This document shows, piece after piece, positions 1-12,500 of a DNA stretch of 64,000 nt (positions are counted from its first letter, which is position 1; every line of letters starts with the position of its first letter). The stretch comes from Mobula birostris. Taxonomy: Eukaryota. The notes beneath the pieces were generated by a model, which ran no database searches, was not told the origin of the DNA, and worked only from the letters and a program-made list of their open reading frames with translations. The stretch is taken from contig NC_092396.1 in the NCBI RefSeq assembly GCF_030028105.1, forward strand, positions 25,299,474 through 25,363,473, written 5' to 3'. Both the position numbers and the translations under genes were made by a program.

Positions 1-236
1 ACTGGAGTTTAGAGATCAGTTCTCACATCCTTTGTAAGCAACTTTGTACATTCCTTCCCATGTGAGCGTGGGTTTCCTCCAGGTGTTCTGGTTTCCTCTC
101 ACAGTCTAAAGGTGTGGTTAGTAGATTAGTTGCTCATTGTAAATTGTCCTGTGATTAGGCTGGGGTTAACTAGATGGGTTGCTGGGTGGTGCAGAAGGGT
201 GTGTTCTGCGCTATATCTCTAAATGAAATCAATAAA
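1..236 (+). mobile_element. V-SINE-like SINE (5' part outside window)
   Basis: V-domain-like GCGTGGGTTTCCTCCAGGTGTTCTGGTTTCCTCTCACAGTCTAAAG; similar to 17729-18033. Confidence 0.7.
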
Positions 237-448
237 TCTTATGGGATCATATTTGCATTCCTTTGAAGAATTGGGAGCAAGTTGATCCAGACTTTTAGTC
301 ACTGGTTTTGGAACCATGGAACTTTGAATAGCAATGGATATCTTGCAGACTTTGTAAATTAGGTAATTTTTTTGTGATTATGATGTTGAAGTGTGAAATG
401 GATATGATCATTGTGTTTGGATTTAAGGCACTTATATTTTCCTTGTAG

Positions 449-505
449 AATTCCTCAGAGTATTATAATGATGATGTTGATGAATTTCACGAGAAGAAAT
501 TTGAG
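449..505 (+). CDS. UTP3: UTP3 exon (NSSEYYNDDVDEFHEKKFE)
   Basis: ttgtag| acceptor, |gtaagt donor; resembles the UTP3 N-terminal YY-D-VD-FHE motif. Confidence 0.85.
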
Positions 506-3500
506 GTAAGTGTGAAATACTACATTTGTCTATAATCGTTACAATAAAGGGGGAAAAATAAGACCAGATGAAATTGTGTTAGTTAGTTTCCTGTGATGTT
601 GTGGTAACCAGACAATGGGATTTGTAAACCACAGGTGAAGTAGAAGTAGGGGTTAGGTGTGGAAATAACAGAAGTTCCAGAAATTCAGGAGTTTGATAAA
701 TTATTCCACAGCGTCAACTGAAATTCACTGGAAAATCAATGTTGCTGAGGGAAGGAATGTGATATGAAAGTATGACACAATTACAACACAATTGCCATCA
801 TAAATGTAAGCATAAGATTTAAAATATTTACAATTAGCAATATTGGGTAGTTTGGGACATAATAATGATAACATATGTATTGCCACACAAGAAATTTGCA
901 GTACATTTTACTGATTTTTCAGTGTGAAATATTGACTATATATGACCTTAAAATAATCTGTATTTGGGGAAAGTTGTAAAAGGAGGAGCAGGAAGACAGC
1001 AGTTTTTATACAAGGTAATTTTTAAAGAACACCCAAAGCAGGTTTAGCAGCAGGAGTCCAAACGTGCCTTGATGCTCTTTGTTTGCAGTGTGGATAATCT
1101 GCAATTTTGTTTTTCAGAAGCTGCTGGCTGGTGGGCTAACACGTGATAATTTGAGTGAAGATTCACTAGATGAGGTGTGTATGTCCAATTCTGCTGGGCT
1201 AATGTCACTCTGTTGTTGGTCAAACTTCTCGGAAAGACTTTCGAGTAATGTCTAAATTCCCTGTTGAACAAGTAAATAAAAATCAATCCAGAATTTTTTT
1301 TTCTCCTCATCACTTTGAGGGAAAACAGTAATTGTGGAACATTCCAAAGCATGTTACTGCTAATGAAATAGTTTAAACTCTTGCCTCTGTTGAAATATAG
1401 GCAACACTGAACTGCAGCAACTGCTCACAATCAGCAATATGACTATGACTGTATAAAATAAAGAATAATAATGTGGGAGAGTTTCTCTTACTGTGCTTCA
1501 AACAAGCTTTCCACTGTTATTTGAACGGCCAGACAACCTCAACTGAAAGATGATAATTATGTTGCAGCACTTCCTTTTCAGGATTGTGCTGAAAAAGTAG
1601 CCTAGGTTTCTGTGCTTGTCTCAAGCTCTTTCGTGCACTCTTTAAGGTACTAGAAAGTAGTCAGTTATTCAAACTACCAACAAAGGTCTTGATAGGACCA
1701 GAAGACAATGAAACTTGTTGAGAATCTTACTGGAGATCTGTGGGTGTTGCATTTCTGTATGCAGTCCCGGCTGGTGTGTGTGTGTGTGAGAGATGGATGA
1801 TAAATATGTCATTGTAATTAGATTAGATTATAAGGACACTCAGTCCTCGTTCATTGTCATTTAGAAATGCATGCATGCATTAAGAAATGATACAATGTTC
1901 CTCCAGAGTGATATCACAAAAAAAGCAGGACAAACCAAAGACTAACACTGACAAGACCACATAATTATAACGTATAGTTACAGCAGTGCAAAGCAATACC
2001 ACAATTTGATAAAGAGCAGTCCATGGGAAAGGTAAAAAAAAAAGTCTCAAAGTTCCGATCGACTCCTGATAATCCCCAATAGCAGGCGGCAGAAGGGAGA
2101 AACTCTCTCTGCCATAAGCCTCCAGGCACCGACAACTGTCGATGCATTGGAAGCACCCGACCACAGCAGACTCGATAAGTCCATCCAAAAACTTCGAGCC
2201 TCCAACCAGCGCTTCGACCCCGTCCCGGCTGCCGAGCAGCAAGCAAAGCTGAGGATTTGGGGCCTTCCCCTCCGGAGATTCTGGATCACACAGTAACAGC
2301 GGCAGCGAAAAAGGCATTTCAGAAGTTTCTCCAGATGTTCCTCCATTCTCTCACATCTGTCTCCATCAAATCAGGATTGTGCACGGCACCCTACTTGACA
2401 GATTACGGATATCATTCACCGGAGTGGCCGCGCAAGCTGCGTCGTGCTGCCATCTTCTCCTCCTGCTCCTGTGTAATGCAGCTAATGGATTTTCACATTA
2501 CCAATTTATTCAACTAATAACAAATAAAATGCATGACTTCATTCTACTTTGCTTTTGTTTGCTATAGCCAGCTCAAAGTGTAAACTCTTTTCATCCACTT
2601 TCTGCGAACCGTTACTTGAAATTGGTTAAGGTGGCTTTATTTGTCCACCTTATTCACTCACACGCTGTCTCTTAACATGTATGCATGATGTTTCTGAATT
2701 GAGATGTATCGTGCATGACAGTATGAGGCTTCATTGGCCCTCCTAAATCTGACAGGGATACTGCAGTCTCCTAAGAACTTGTCCAACCCTTCCATCTACA
2801 TCAATAATCTGAACCCCTCTTATTGATTTAACTCACTTGATTTGGCATTCTGTATTCCAGAGGGCCTTGAGTGTTCTGCTGTTTATTTGGTGCTATCCGT
2901 AGATTTTTACCACTTTACATTTCAGTGAGGGAGAAGAGAAAGCAGCTGTAATATTGAATGAGAGAGTTGGTCCAGAAGACTGTGTGGAATATCCTTTTTC
3001 CTATTTTTCATGTACTTGAACTTTCACTGAGTTAAAAGAAAATTGCCGACAAAATCTTGTATTTGATACCGTTCAGTATATATTTCCCTTCTGTTGTCAT
3101 GCCAGCAAAGATATATTGCTAGAAATTAATTTATTAAAATCATTAACTGATTGGATCAAATATATGGCTACATATTACGTCTTTTTAAAACAGGAAGAGG
3201 TGATGCCTCTGGACCTTCCTGATTCTGATGATGAAGATGATGATGAGGAAGAGGCAGAAGCAATGGAAGAAGATGATGAAGATGAATACGAGGAAGAGGT
3301 TGACATGGATAGTGACCTTGAGGGCAAATCGGAAGAAGGTTGGTGTAGGGCTGGGGTATTATCAAATGTTGTGTAATCCATCAGATGACTAATTTCTTTC
3401 CACATCCAAGCCCACCCTGAAGCTTTTGCGGAGATCTGGAGAAATAATCCATAAATGTTACTCCTAATAACAATCAATATGTGAAGATACTGCTGCAAAT

Positions 3501-6500
3501 GCTGAATTTGTTTCTTCGTAGTAAAACTCATTGTTGCCGCACCTTGTTTCTTTTGCAGGTCTCCCAAGTGCATTGGCCTGGGGACAGAAGAAGAAATCGT
3601 ATTATAATACTGATTATGTTGATGAGCTTCCTCGTAAGTACTGGAACTTGGCCTCTTGCCAGGTTAGTGGCACTGCGGCCAGCTTTGAGGCTCAGCTGGA
3701 AAGCGTAAAGTCAGGCAGAAAAGTGGCGACAGGAGACTCATGAGTCGGGGACAGACAGGTGATTCTGTGCTACGCAAAAGGGACACCACGATCCCAGGTG
3801 TTCGGGTTGAGGATGTCTCAGAGTGGCTGCAGACCATTCTCAAGGGAGAGGGTGAGCTGGCTGAGACTGTGGTGTAAATTGGCACCAATGATGTGGGTAG
3901 AAAGCAGAAAGAGATCCTGCACAGAGTCTAGGGAGTTGGCAAAGAGGTGAAAAATCAGGACTTTGAAAGTAGTTATCTGAATTACTCCTGGTGTCAGGGC
4001 AGGAATAGAATGATAAAACGCATGAATGAGTGGCTGAGGAACTGGTGCAGGAGACAGAGTTTCGGGTTCTTGGATCACTGGAACCTCTTCTGATATAGGG
4101 TTGATTTGTACAAGAGGGATGGGTTGCACCTTAACTGGAGCGGAGTCAATCTGGTGGCCGGGAGGTTTGCTAGAACTACTGGGGTGTGGGTAAAACTAGT
4201 TTGGCAAGGGGTGTGAACCAGAGCCCCAGGTCAGAAAGTGGAGCGATTTAGAGGAAGGTAGATTTGATGACTAGTAGGAACAGGAAGGAGTGAGGTAATA
4301 GATATAATGGGACAGATGAATTGAAGTGTTTGTATATTAATGCTAGGTGTATTATAGGCAAGGGTGATGAACTTAGAGTATGATGTTATGGCCATAACAG
4401 TGACTAGGTTGAGAGAGGGACAGGAATGGCTGCTTAATGTTCTGGGTTTTCAGTGTTGTAGAAAAAAAGAGGAAGAGGTAAAAGGGGTGGGGAGAGTGAG
4501 GTGTGCTATTAGTCAGTGACAATATCAGAGATGACATAATGGAGGGCTCATCCACTGAGTCGAGATGGGTAGAACTCAAAAATAAGAAAGGTGCAATGAT
4601 GGGATTATACTATAGACCCCTCCCCCATAGCCCCCAGGACATTGAGGAACAAATATTCAGACAGATTAGCGAGATAGGTAAAAACAGCAGATCTGTTGTA
4701 ATGGGTGACTTCAACTTTACCAAAACAGACTGGGACCTCAGTGCAAAAGGCTTAGATGAGACAGAATTTGTCAAGTACATCCATTAGGGGATTTGTAACT
4801 CAATAGGATCCAACAAGAGGCTGCACTGGACCAGGTATTGAGTAATGAGCCTGGCCAGGTGACAGGGTATAGTGACCACAAACTCCTTAAGTTTTAAGAC
4901 AGGTGTAGCTAAGGATAAATGTGGACCTTGCAGGAATGTATTAAATTGAAGCAGAGCAAATTATGAGAGTATTAGGCAGGAACTAGAGAGAATTAATTGG
5001 GAACAGCTATTTTTGGGCTGACATGTAGAGCCTGCTTAAAGACCAGCTGCATAGAGTACAGGACAAATATGTTCTAGTAGGACGAATGGCAAGGTAAGGG
5101 AACTTTGGATGTCGAAATCCAAGGTGGTAAATTTAGTCAGGAAGAAAACAGAAATGTATGTAAGGAAGCTAAAATCAAACAAAGTTCTTGAGGATTATGA
5201 TGAAGCCATAAAAGATCTCAAGAAGGAATTAGGAAAATCAAAGGGTCATGAAAAGTCTTTGGCAAGTAGCATTAAAGAGAATCTGAAGGCATTTTATACA
5301 TGCATCAAGAGTAAGAGGATAACTGGGGAGCAAGAAGGATCACTGAAGGATAAAGGAGGGAACATGCTCGGAGGTGGAGGATGTAAGTGCATTCCTAAAA
5401 GTGCTTTGCATCAGTATTTACAAGGAGAGGGATGTGGAAAATAGGGACTTCAGTGTGGAATGTGCTAATAACAGGAGTATTTTGAGATAAAGGAGGAGGT
5501 AACATTAACGTGGGTAAGTCCCCAGCACCTGATGGGATGTTCCACAGGTTATTGAGAGAGTTAGGAGATGAGGTTGCCGGGGCCTTCATTAATATCTTCA
5601 TGTCATCTGTAGCCACAAGTAAGGTCCTGCAGGACTGATGAGTAGCTAATGTTGTTCCATTATTTAAGAAGGGAAATTGGAAATTGGACTGGTGCCTCAT
5701 GTCAGTGAAGCTGTTAGAGAGGATTCCTAGAGATCCATGGCCTAATTAGGGGCAGTCACCATGGCAAGTTGTGTCTTATTAACTTGATTGAGTTTGTATA
5801 GAGCTATAATTATCCCTTCTACCTATTTGTTACCATTTATTGGATGTTGTGTTATTTCAAAGTTTATCAGGAGTTGGCAGATTTTGTCATTGGGCTTTCA
5901 CTGGTACCAGAAGAGAATGCGCATTAAAACATCCTGCGTTTTAATACACATTTCTCTGCTTTTCAATTTGTTTTTATTTCTATAGCTGTTAACTGGATGT
6001 ACAGAAGGTATTCTGTCCTTCTGTTTTCAAGGACAGCTCAATTTTAGATGTTTTTTCTCCTAAGACAGATGCTTAGTCATTACTGTCGTAGAGAAAGGGG
6101 ACCACTTGTGAAAATGGGCCTCTTCGTTTCCAACACTCCCGTGGCTAATTGTGGTCTATCTGAACTGAGGCAATGCAAATTCACCATAATGTATTGTAGA
6201 TTTTAACCATATACTGTAAGCCTGCATTGACCCACAACTTCAGAAATACAACATATTGTCTCTGACTTGTAATTAGATCTTTGAACCAATGGATATTATG
6301 GGGTGGTTGAGATTTATAGGAGTGCTTTGTTTTAATTTGATTGACATCTAGTTTGTCTCTGGGTGACGTGCTGGACATACTTTGATGTAGCCAGACTTCA
6401 CAAACTGGTCCTGGGAGATATGGGGATGCTGAAGTTTAGGAATTTTCACTACTTGCCTTTTAACATGAAAATCCACTGTACAAAGTTTAAAATCTTGCTC

Positions 6501-9500
6501 AGTTGTGTAACCAACAATCTTGAGAGTGGAATCATTGTATGCAAGGAGATATAGTTCTTTATGGTCTGATCTCAGCGTTTGCTGTTTACACACTTGCAGG
6601 TGGAAAGAAACAAGCAGAAGCTCTGGCTGAAGCTGAGGAGGAGGAACAAGAAGCTATAAATATTCAGAAACGGTTGGCAGAAAATCTGTCTGAGGATGAC
6701 TTTGGACTCGATCTTATTCAGGTAACTGACCAGGCATGTGGAGGTGTGAAAGATTTTGCCACAAGCTTAGACGTGCCAAGGTAATTAGCGAGAACTGTCA
6801 CTGGAATCAATTTCGTGCATATTTTGGCACAGAATTCTAGCAATTACTAGGCTGCCAGTGACCTGTCTTAACTTATTTCTGAATTATTTCAACTATGTCT
6901 GTCTTCTAGGTGTTGGTGGTATTTCTTTCATTTCTAAATAAAAATAGGCATCCGTTAGTCTTGTGAGACCATAGATTTGTGCCTTGGAAGGTTTCCAGGG
7001 CGCAGATCCGTGCAAGGTTGTATGGAAGATCGGCAGTTGCCCATGCTGCAAGCCTCCCCTCTCCACGCCACCGATGTTGTCCAAGGGAAGGGCACTAGGG
7101 CCGATACAGCTTGGCACCGGTGTCGTTGCAGAGCAATGTGTGGTTAAGTGCCTTGCTCAAGGACGCAACATGCTGCCTCAGCTGAGGCTCGAACTAGCAA
7201 CCTTCAGATCACTAGACTGATGCCTTAACCACTTGGCCACATTTTTAAAACTTATATTGGATCAGGGTGAATCCACCATTTTCCTGGTTCGTGTTTGGGG
7301 TACACCCCTGCTGATCCTTTAAACTCAGTCAAAAAAAAATCCGATCCATTTTTGGCTGCTAAAAATGTTGTAGATTTTAAGGCAGTGTCTTTACAAGACA
7401 GGTAACCCAGCCATTATGAGTACTCTTCAGAGATTGTTTGCCTGGCATCAGTGGTGGCATGACCAGGACTTGTGATATGCATCACCTGCTCTCATGGCTT
7501 CATGTGACCCTGATCAGGGAAGCTAAGCAGGTGCTACACCTTGCCCAAGGGTGACCTGCAGCAGCAGAGAAAAGAAGTGCCTTAAACCCCCTTTGGTAGA
7601 GACACATCTCCACCCTGCCACCCGCTGATTTCCTCCCTAGTAAAAACAAGGTAACCCTCAATGCCTTCTGAATGAGATTAACCATGGTAGTTCAACGACA
7701 GGTAGAAGTTTTTTTTTCCCTGTTTAGGATGTACTTTTCTTCTAGCCACTGACTCGCCTATACAGAGATACATTTTTGAAATCTGTTAGAAGGTCAGTGA
7801 TGAACCATACTGAGTGGTAGTAAGTAGAGACATGGGTGCACCTGAGATGGTCTGGTCTTCTAAACTGCCACTGCACCTGAACCGTAATCTTTGTATTAAT
7901 TTTGGCTTTTCATTCTTGCCCCCGGAACCTTCTGTATAGGATCTGAATACTTTTTTCCAAATTAGAAGAGTTCTGTGTTCTGGTCCTTTTTTACAGAAGT
8001 AAAGTTGTTTTCATCTTAAAACACATATGTACTCTTATTTTACATTTGAGCTCAAAGCTCAATCTGGCCTCATTGATTCTCAACTGTCTACCCAAAAGGC
8101 ATCTTCATTTGAAGTCTACCCAAAAGGCATCTTCATTCATTTGAAGAACTCCCTACCCTTTTTCTCAACTGCAAATGACAGGAATACGTAAGGTTCTGTG
8201 CAAGTGCAGTCAACTTTGTCTGTACTGCTGGTGCTGGAATAAAGGCATGAATCCTAGACAGGAAGTGGTCCTGTTGCTTGTGTTTGATTTTTGTTGCTGA
8301 CTCCATCAGCTAATCTCAGTCAGGTTAGACTGAGCTGAGGTCTGCTTTGTATTTGGTGGGAAGGAAGTCAGTAATGGTAACTTTCCTTTGACTGCTTTTG
8401 AATCTGCAGTGTTTATATGGATCCAGGTGATAAAATTTCCTGCCAGCCTGAGTACAAATAAAGATGAGCATTAGGATGAGATAGTCATAGGATTACTGCT
8501 CGTCTGCATTCTGGAATGAAGTAAGGTTTGCTGAAAAAGTAAATTTGATTATTACAGAGTGTTTTCTATTCATAGACATTCGCCCAAGAGCAGGAAGCAG
8601 AGAAGGCTTCTGGAAAGGATCTGAAAATTAAAAAAGATTTGAACAAAATGTCCCAGAAAGAGAAGCTGAAGCTGCTGAAGAAGGAGTCACCTGAGCTTCT
8701 GGAACTCATCCAAGATTTCAAAGCCAAGGTTGGCTAAGCTTGCTGGTTGCCTGAGTTCACTGAATCGTTTTACTGTTTTCTCCAAATATTGGGTGGCACA
8801 GAGAAAAAGCTGAAAATTAATAAAGTAGTAATATAATGTTCTAGAGGTAAAAAAGAATATTTTAATGGATTCTCATTTCTAAAGAACAAGTAATATTATT
8901 TCATTGACAGACATGGTGTTTTATTGGTGAGGATTCACAGAGATTTTATAGTGCTAATGTGTTTAGACCTTCTATCCATGCTGAATTCCAAGTGTCATCT
9001 GACCTGAGTGTTAACATTCTCAAATGGGAACAAGTTCCTTGGCTGATTTACCACTGCGTGAGATGAAGACCTAACCTTGTGAACATTAATGGAGATGGAA
9101 TGAGGGGAAAAAGTGTGAAAATGAAGGTTGAATATAGTACAGGATTTGGTTCTTTCAAACTTTGGCATCAGTTACTGTTAAATATTAGGGGATTAGTTAG
9201 CTTAGCATTATGCTGATTATACTCTGTAAGTTCTTTTCCTCCAAAGCCAATACTTGTTGCTCCTTGTCTTCGCTGGGAAAAGTTATAGATTATAAAGAAA
9301 AAAATCGATTACTCTTGGCTTTTGGGAAAGTACAGGTTTGACATTATTGGTCAGGCTATAACTCTTAACAAGATAAAGAACCGTTGAATTAAAAGGGATC
9401 TGAAATGGAGCCTGGATTAGAATGAAATCCTGTTGACTGTCTTTATATTTTAACATTTGTTATTTCTTAAATATAAAATAATTTTCCAGTGATTGTTTAA

Positions 9501-12500
9501 AGTAATAGGCAAATGGACTTCTTTCCCTTTAAGGCAAAGCATTGTCTGAAGTTTACAGTTGTAGAAATATTTCTGTTTGTGAGTTAACTAGGAAGGAAGA
9601 TAGTTGGATATTCTGTTTTAGCTATTTGTATATTGCTTATTAGGATTGTTTTAAAAATTTCTGCGAAGCAAACTGATAGTTTTGTGATTTCTTTCTTGCA
9701 GCTTGTAGAATTGAAGGATGAGCTGCAGCCACTGATGGAACTGGTGCAGAGTGGTAGGATACCGGCAGAAAAGGTATGCTGAGAACATAAACACGATATG
9801 TGGTTGGTGGGGAATCGAGGAGTACAGTGTGCCTTGATTGTATTGTAATAACTTTTGTTCATTTCACAGGATGTCCAGTATGTACAGACAAAGTACCATC
9901 TGTATTTGAAGTAAGTTTCTTTGCTATAATTTTAGAGAATCATGACCCTTTCCAGAGCGTGATAGTCTTGGAGATCAAGTAGATTTAATGAAGCCCAATT
10001 TCATAGCCATTGATCAGGTGGCTAAGTGGAAATTTCAATGTGGCTGAAAGCATTTTTTGACTAATAATTTAAACAATGCCTTGTGATCTAAGAGTGTCAA
10101 TGCCATGTTAATATTTTTGTGCATTTCTTGGAAAGATATTCATGTGAACATCTATGAACATGACATTGGCAGACTATATCACGAAAGTGCCAGTATCAAT
10201 AGGACAGGTGTTCTTGGATGTGACTGGTAGTTTTTTTAAAGAGCCGCCATTCTGATGAAAATTTCAGACACGTAGATCTAGCAGAGAATTGGATGTCCCA
10301 TTAGCTTCAATTGGATCTCTCGACCTGTGGATTAGGAAATAATGGATAAAGTGGGCTTTTAGATATTCATTGAACTTTTTATTATTATACTTTTTGGTGT
10401 TATTATTTCCAAAATAATAATCTGTTATCAAATTTATTGACAGCAACTTTATTTCTTCAGATATCATTTTTAAATTGTTGACAGGCTTTGACACAACAAA
10501 ACTCTGCCTCTGCCTTTGCCTTACATCAAAGCTGTCAGAGGGCAGGGCTTCTATACTCTGTTACCCAAGGCCCAGTTGATGATCTGCCTCTTTACCAGAG
10601 AACTTTAGGTTCAGACCAAGGGAATAATTGTGAAACACAGTTTACTTAAGATTACATACAGTGTATTAGCAAGCTTGCATCTCAGTTGATATTACAGAGC
10701 CCCTGCTCATAGAGCCTCGAAAATCTGTAATCAAATGAGCCCCGAGCACTGTCTGGGGCTGCTTGTTAAACGTTCATTATCACACAGTACTCTGATCATT
10801 GCCAGGCATCGTTGATTAGTGGTTACACGAAGCAGCTTTCTCATGCAACAAGCACTCCTTTGTTCCTTGCACCTGTCTCACGGTTAGCAGATTAGTTATC
10901 TTGCTACATTATTCGCACAGCATGACTAGCCAAGCTGCGAAACAAGTCAGTTAGGTTCTAGCCCTTTTAATGCTGTATAAAATTCCTCACAACAGCCTCC
11001 AGCCAATTTGGTTGGCTTTCTGTGTTTGAGCCAGCAGAGAATGATGGGATACATAAATAGTAGCTCCATTTGGTAGGCACATCTAGGAAGACCTTGGAGT
11101 TGTATGGAGTTGAGAGCTCTAACATAGAGAATTGGGATTTCTTGTACTGTACCTGAGTTTTATATTAAATAAATTAGAACTGTGGCATACTATACAGAAA
11201 AGAGAACACATGTACTAATACTAATGAAGTGTGTGATCTACAGCTACTGCACAAACATTAGTTTTTATCTGGTACTGAAGGCAAAGCGAATCCCAGTTCA
11301 GAACCATCCGGTGATTGAGAGACTGCTCAGCTACAGAAATGTGAGTATTATGGAGCTAAGCTAATCCTGGGTCACTAATTTAATATTTTAACCTACTTGT
11401 TACTTTTTATTGTTTTTCTTTTACATTGTGCTATCCATGACTAAGGCTATGGGTTCAGTCTGCATTTTTGTTTCCACCTTTGGCATCTTACAAGGAATTA
11501 TTAGACACCTTATAAGACTAGATGTAGATGCTCATCTCTGCTTTTCTTTGTCTTTCCTTGTCAAACACTCTCCATCCCCAAGGCACATCAAATTCATGAG
11601 ATGTTCGATGGATTTGATTGAATTATCTCATTGACGTCCCAGGTTACATTATTTGAAGAACTTAATTGCTGGAGAGTGAGGCCTTCAGTTAAACGGTTCC
11701 TCAATTGTGGTAATTTACAGAAGGTAACAATAGTGTATTTTATCCTTCTAGCTAATCAATGACTTGCCTCTAGTGGATGTGGAACTGCCATCTGATATCC
11801 AGCAGCATTTAAGGCAGAATAATAAAAATCTTAAATCGATTAGTGGAAAAGATCAACATTTCTCCAAATTGAAGAAAATGCCATCTCAAATGAGTAAACA
11901 ACCAAAAGCTGGACAAAAAACAAAAGTAAAGGCAAGTATAGAAGAGATTGCTGTTAATTAGAGAGCTATGTTGGCTGGAGTCAGGGCTTTATGCTTTGGC
12001 TCTTGGTAGAGTCACCCCTACCAAACAGGTCAAAGGGTAGAGGCAAGACTAGATGAATGGTCCACTGGTCCTCTATTTATGGCTAACAACCCTGACTGGT
12101 AAAACAGAATTGTTATGGAAACAGCAATGAAGAATCCTTCTACATCTGAGTGCGACGGTATTCCGGAGTCATAATAGGCAGTAGAGAGATCCTCTGAAAT
12201 GACCTGGGAAACTACTTAATTCAAGAGCATTTGGGGAAAAGGTCACGAATGCTGATCTTCTCAGCAATATGCACACCCTGTGCTTTTAATTTTTTTTAAA
12301 AAATCAAAGGGAAAGTACTTATAAGTGTAACATGAACTGCAGGACTTCAAATGATTTTCTTAATGTTTTGTGAAGTTAAATGTTAACAAGTATATCATTT
12401 TCTGTAGAATTGCTGTGAAAGGATGTGTTCTGTCTTTTCATTTGTTCTTAAGTATATGGGATTAATGTTTTAATGTAGGTCACTGGTGAGGAAATGTCTA

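Noticed and set aside
1880-2346. Several overlapping ORFs in family A copies
   Set aside because: Frames and stops differ among the three copies and there are no recognisable domains; explained by GC richness.
7791-7884. Possible box C/D snoRNA in a UTP3 intron (GTGATGA 7797-7803, CTGA 7877-7880)
   Set aside because: Terminal stem is only ~3 bp, no recognisable rRNA-complementary guide, and it is far from the acceptor; would need an Rfam/snoscan hit.
12040-12100. Possible HDV-like ribozyme in the RTE-type 5' fragment
   Set aside because: The central part of the motif appears deleted and the P1-P4 nested pseudoknot could not be built by eye.
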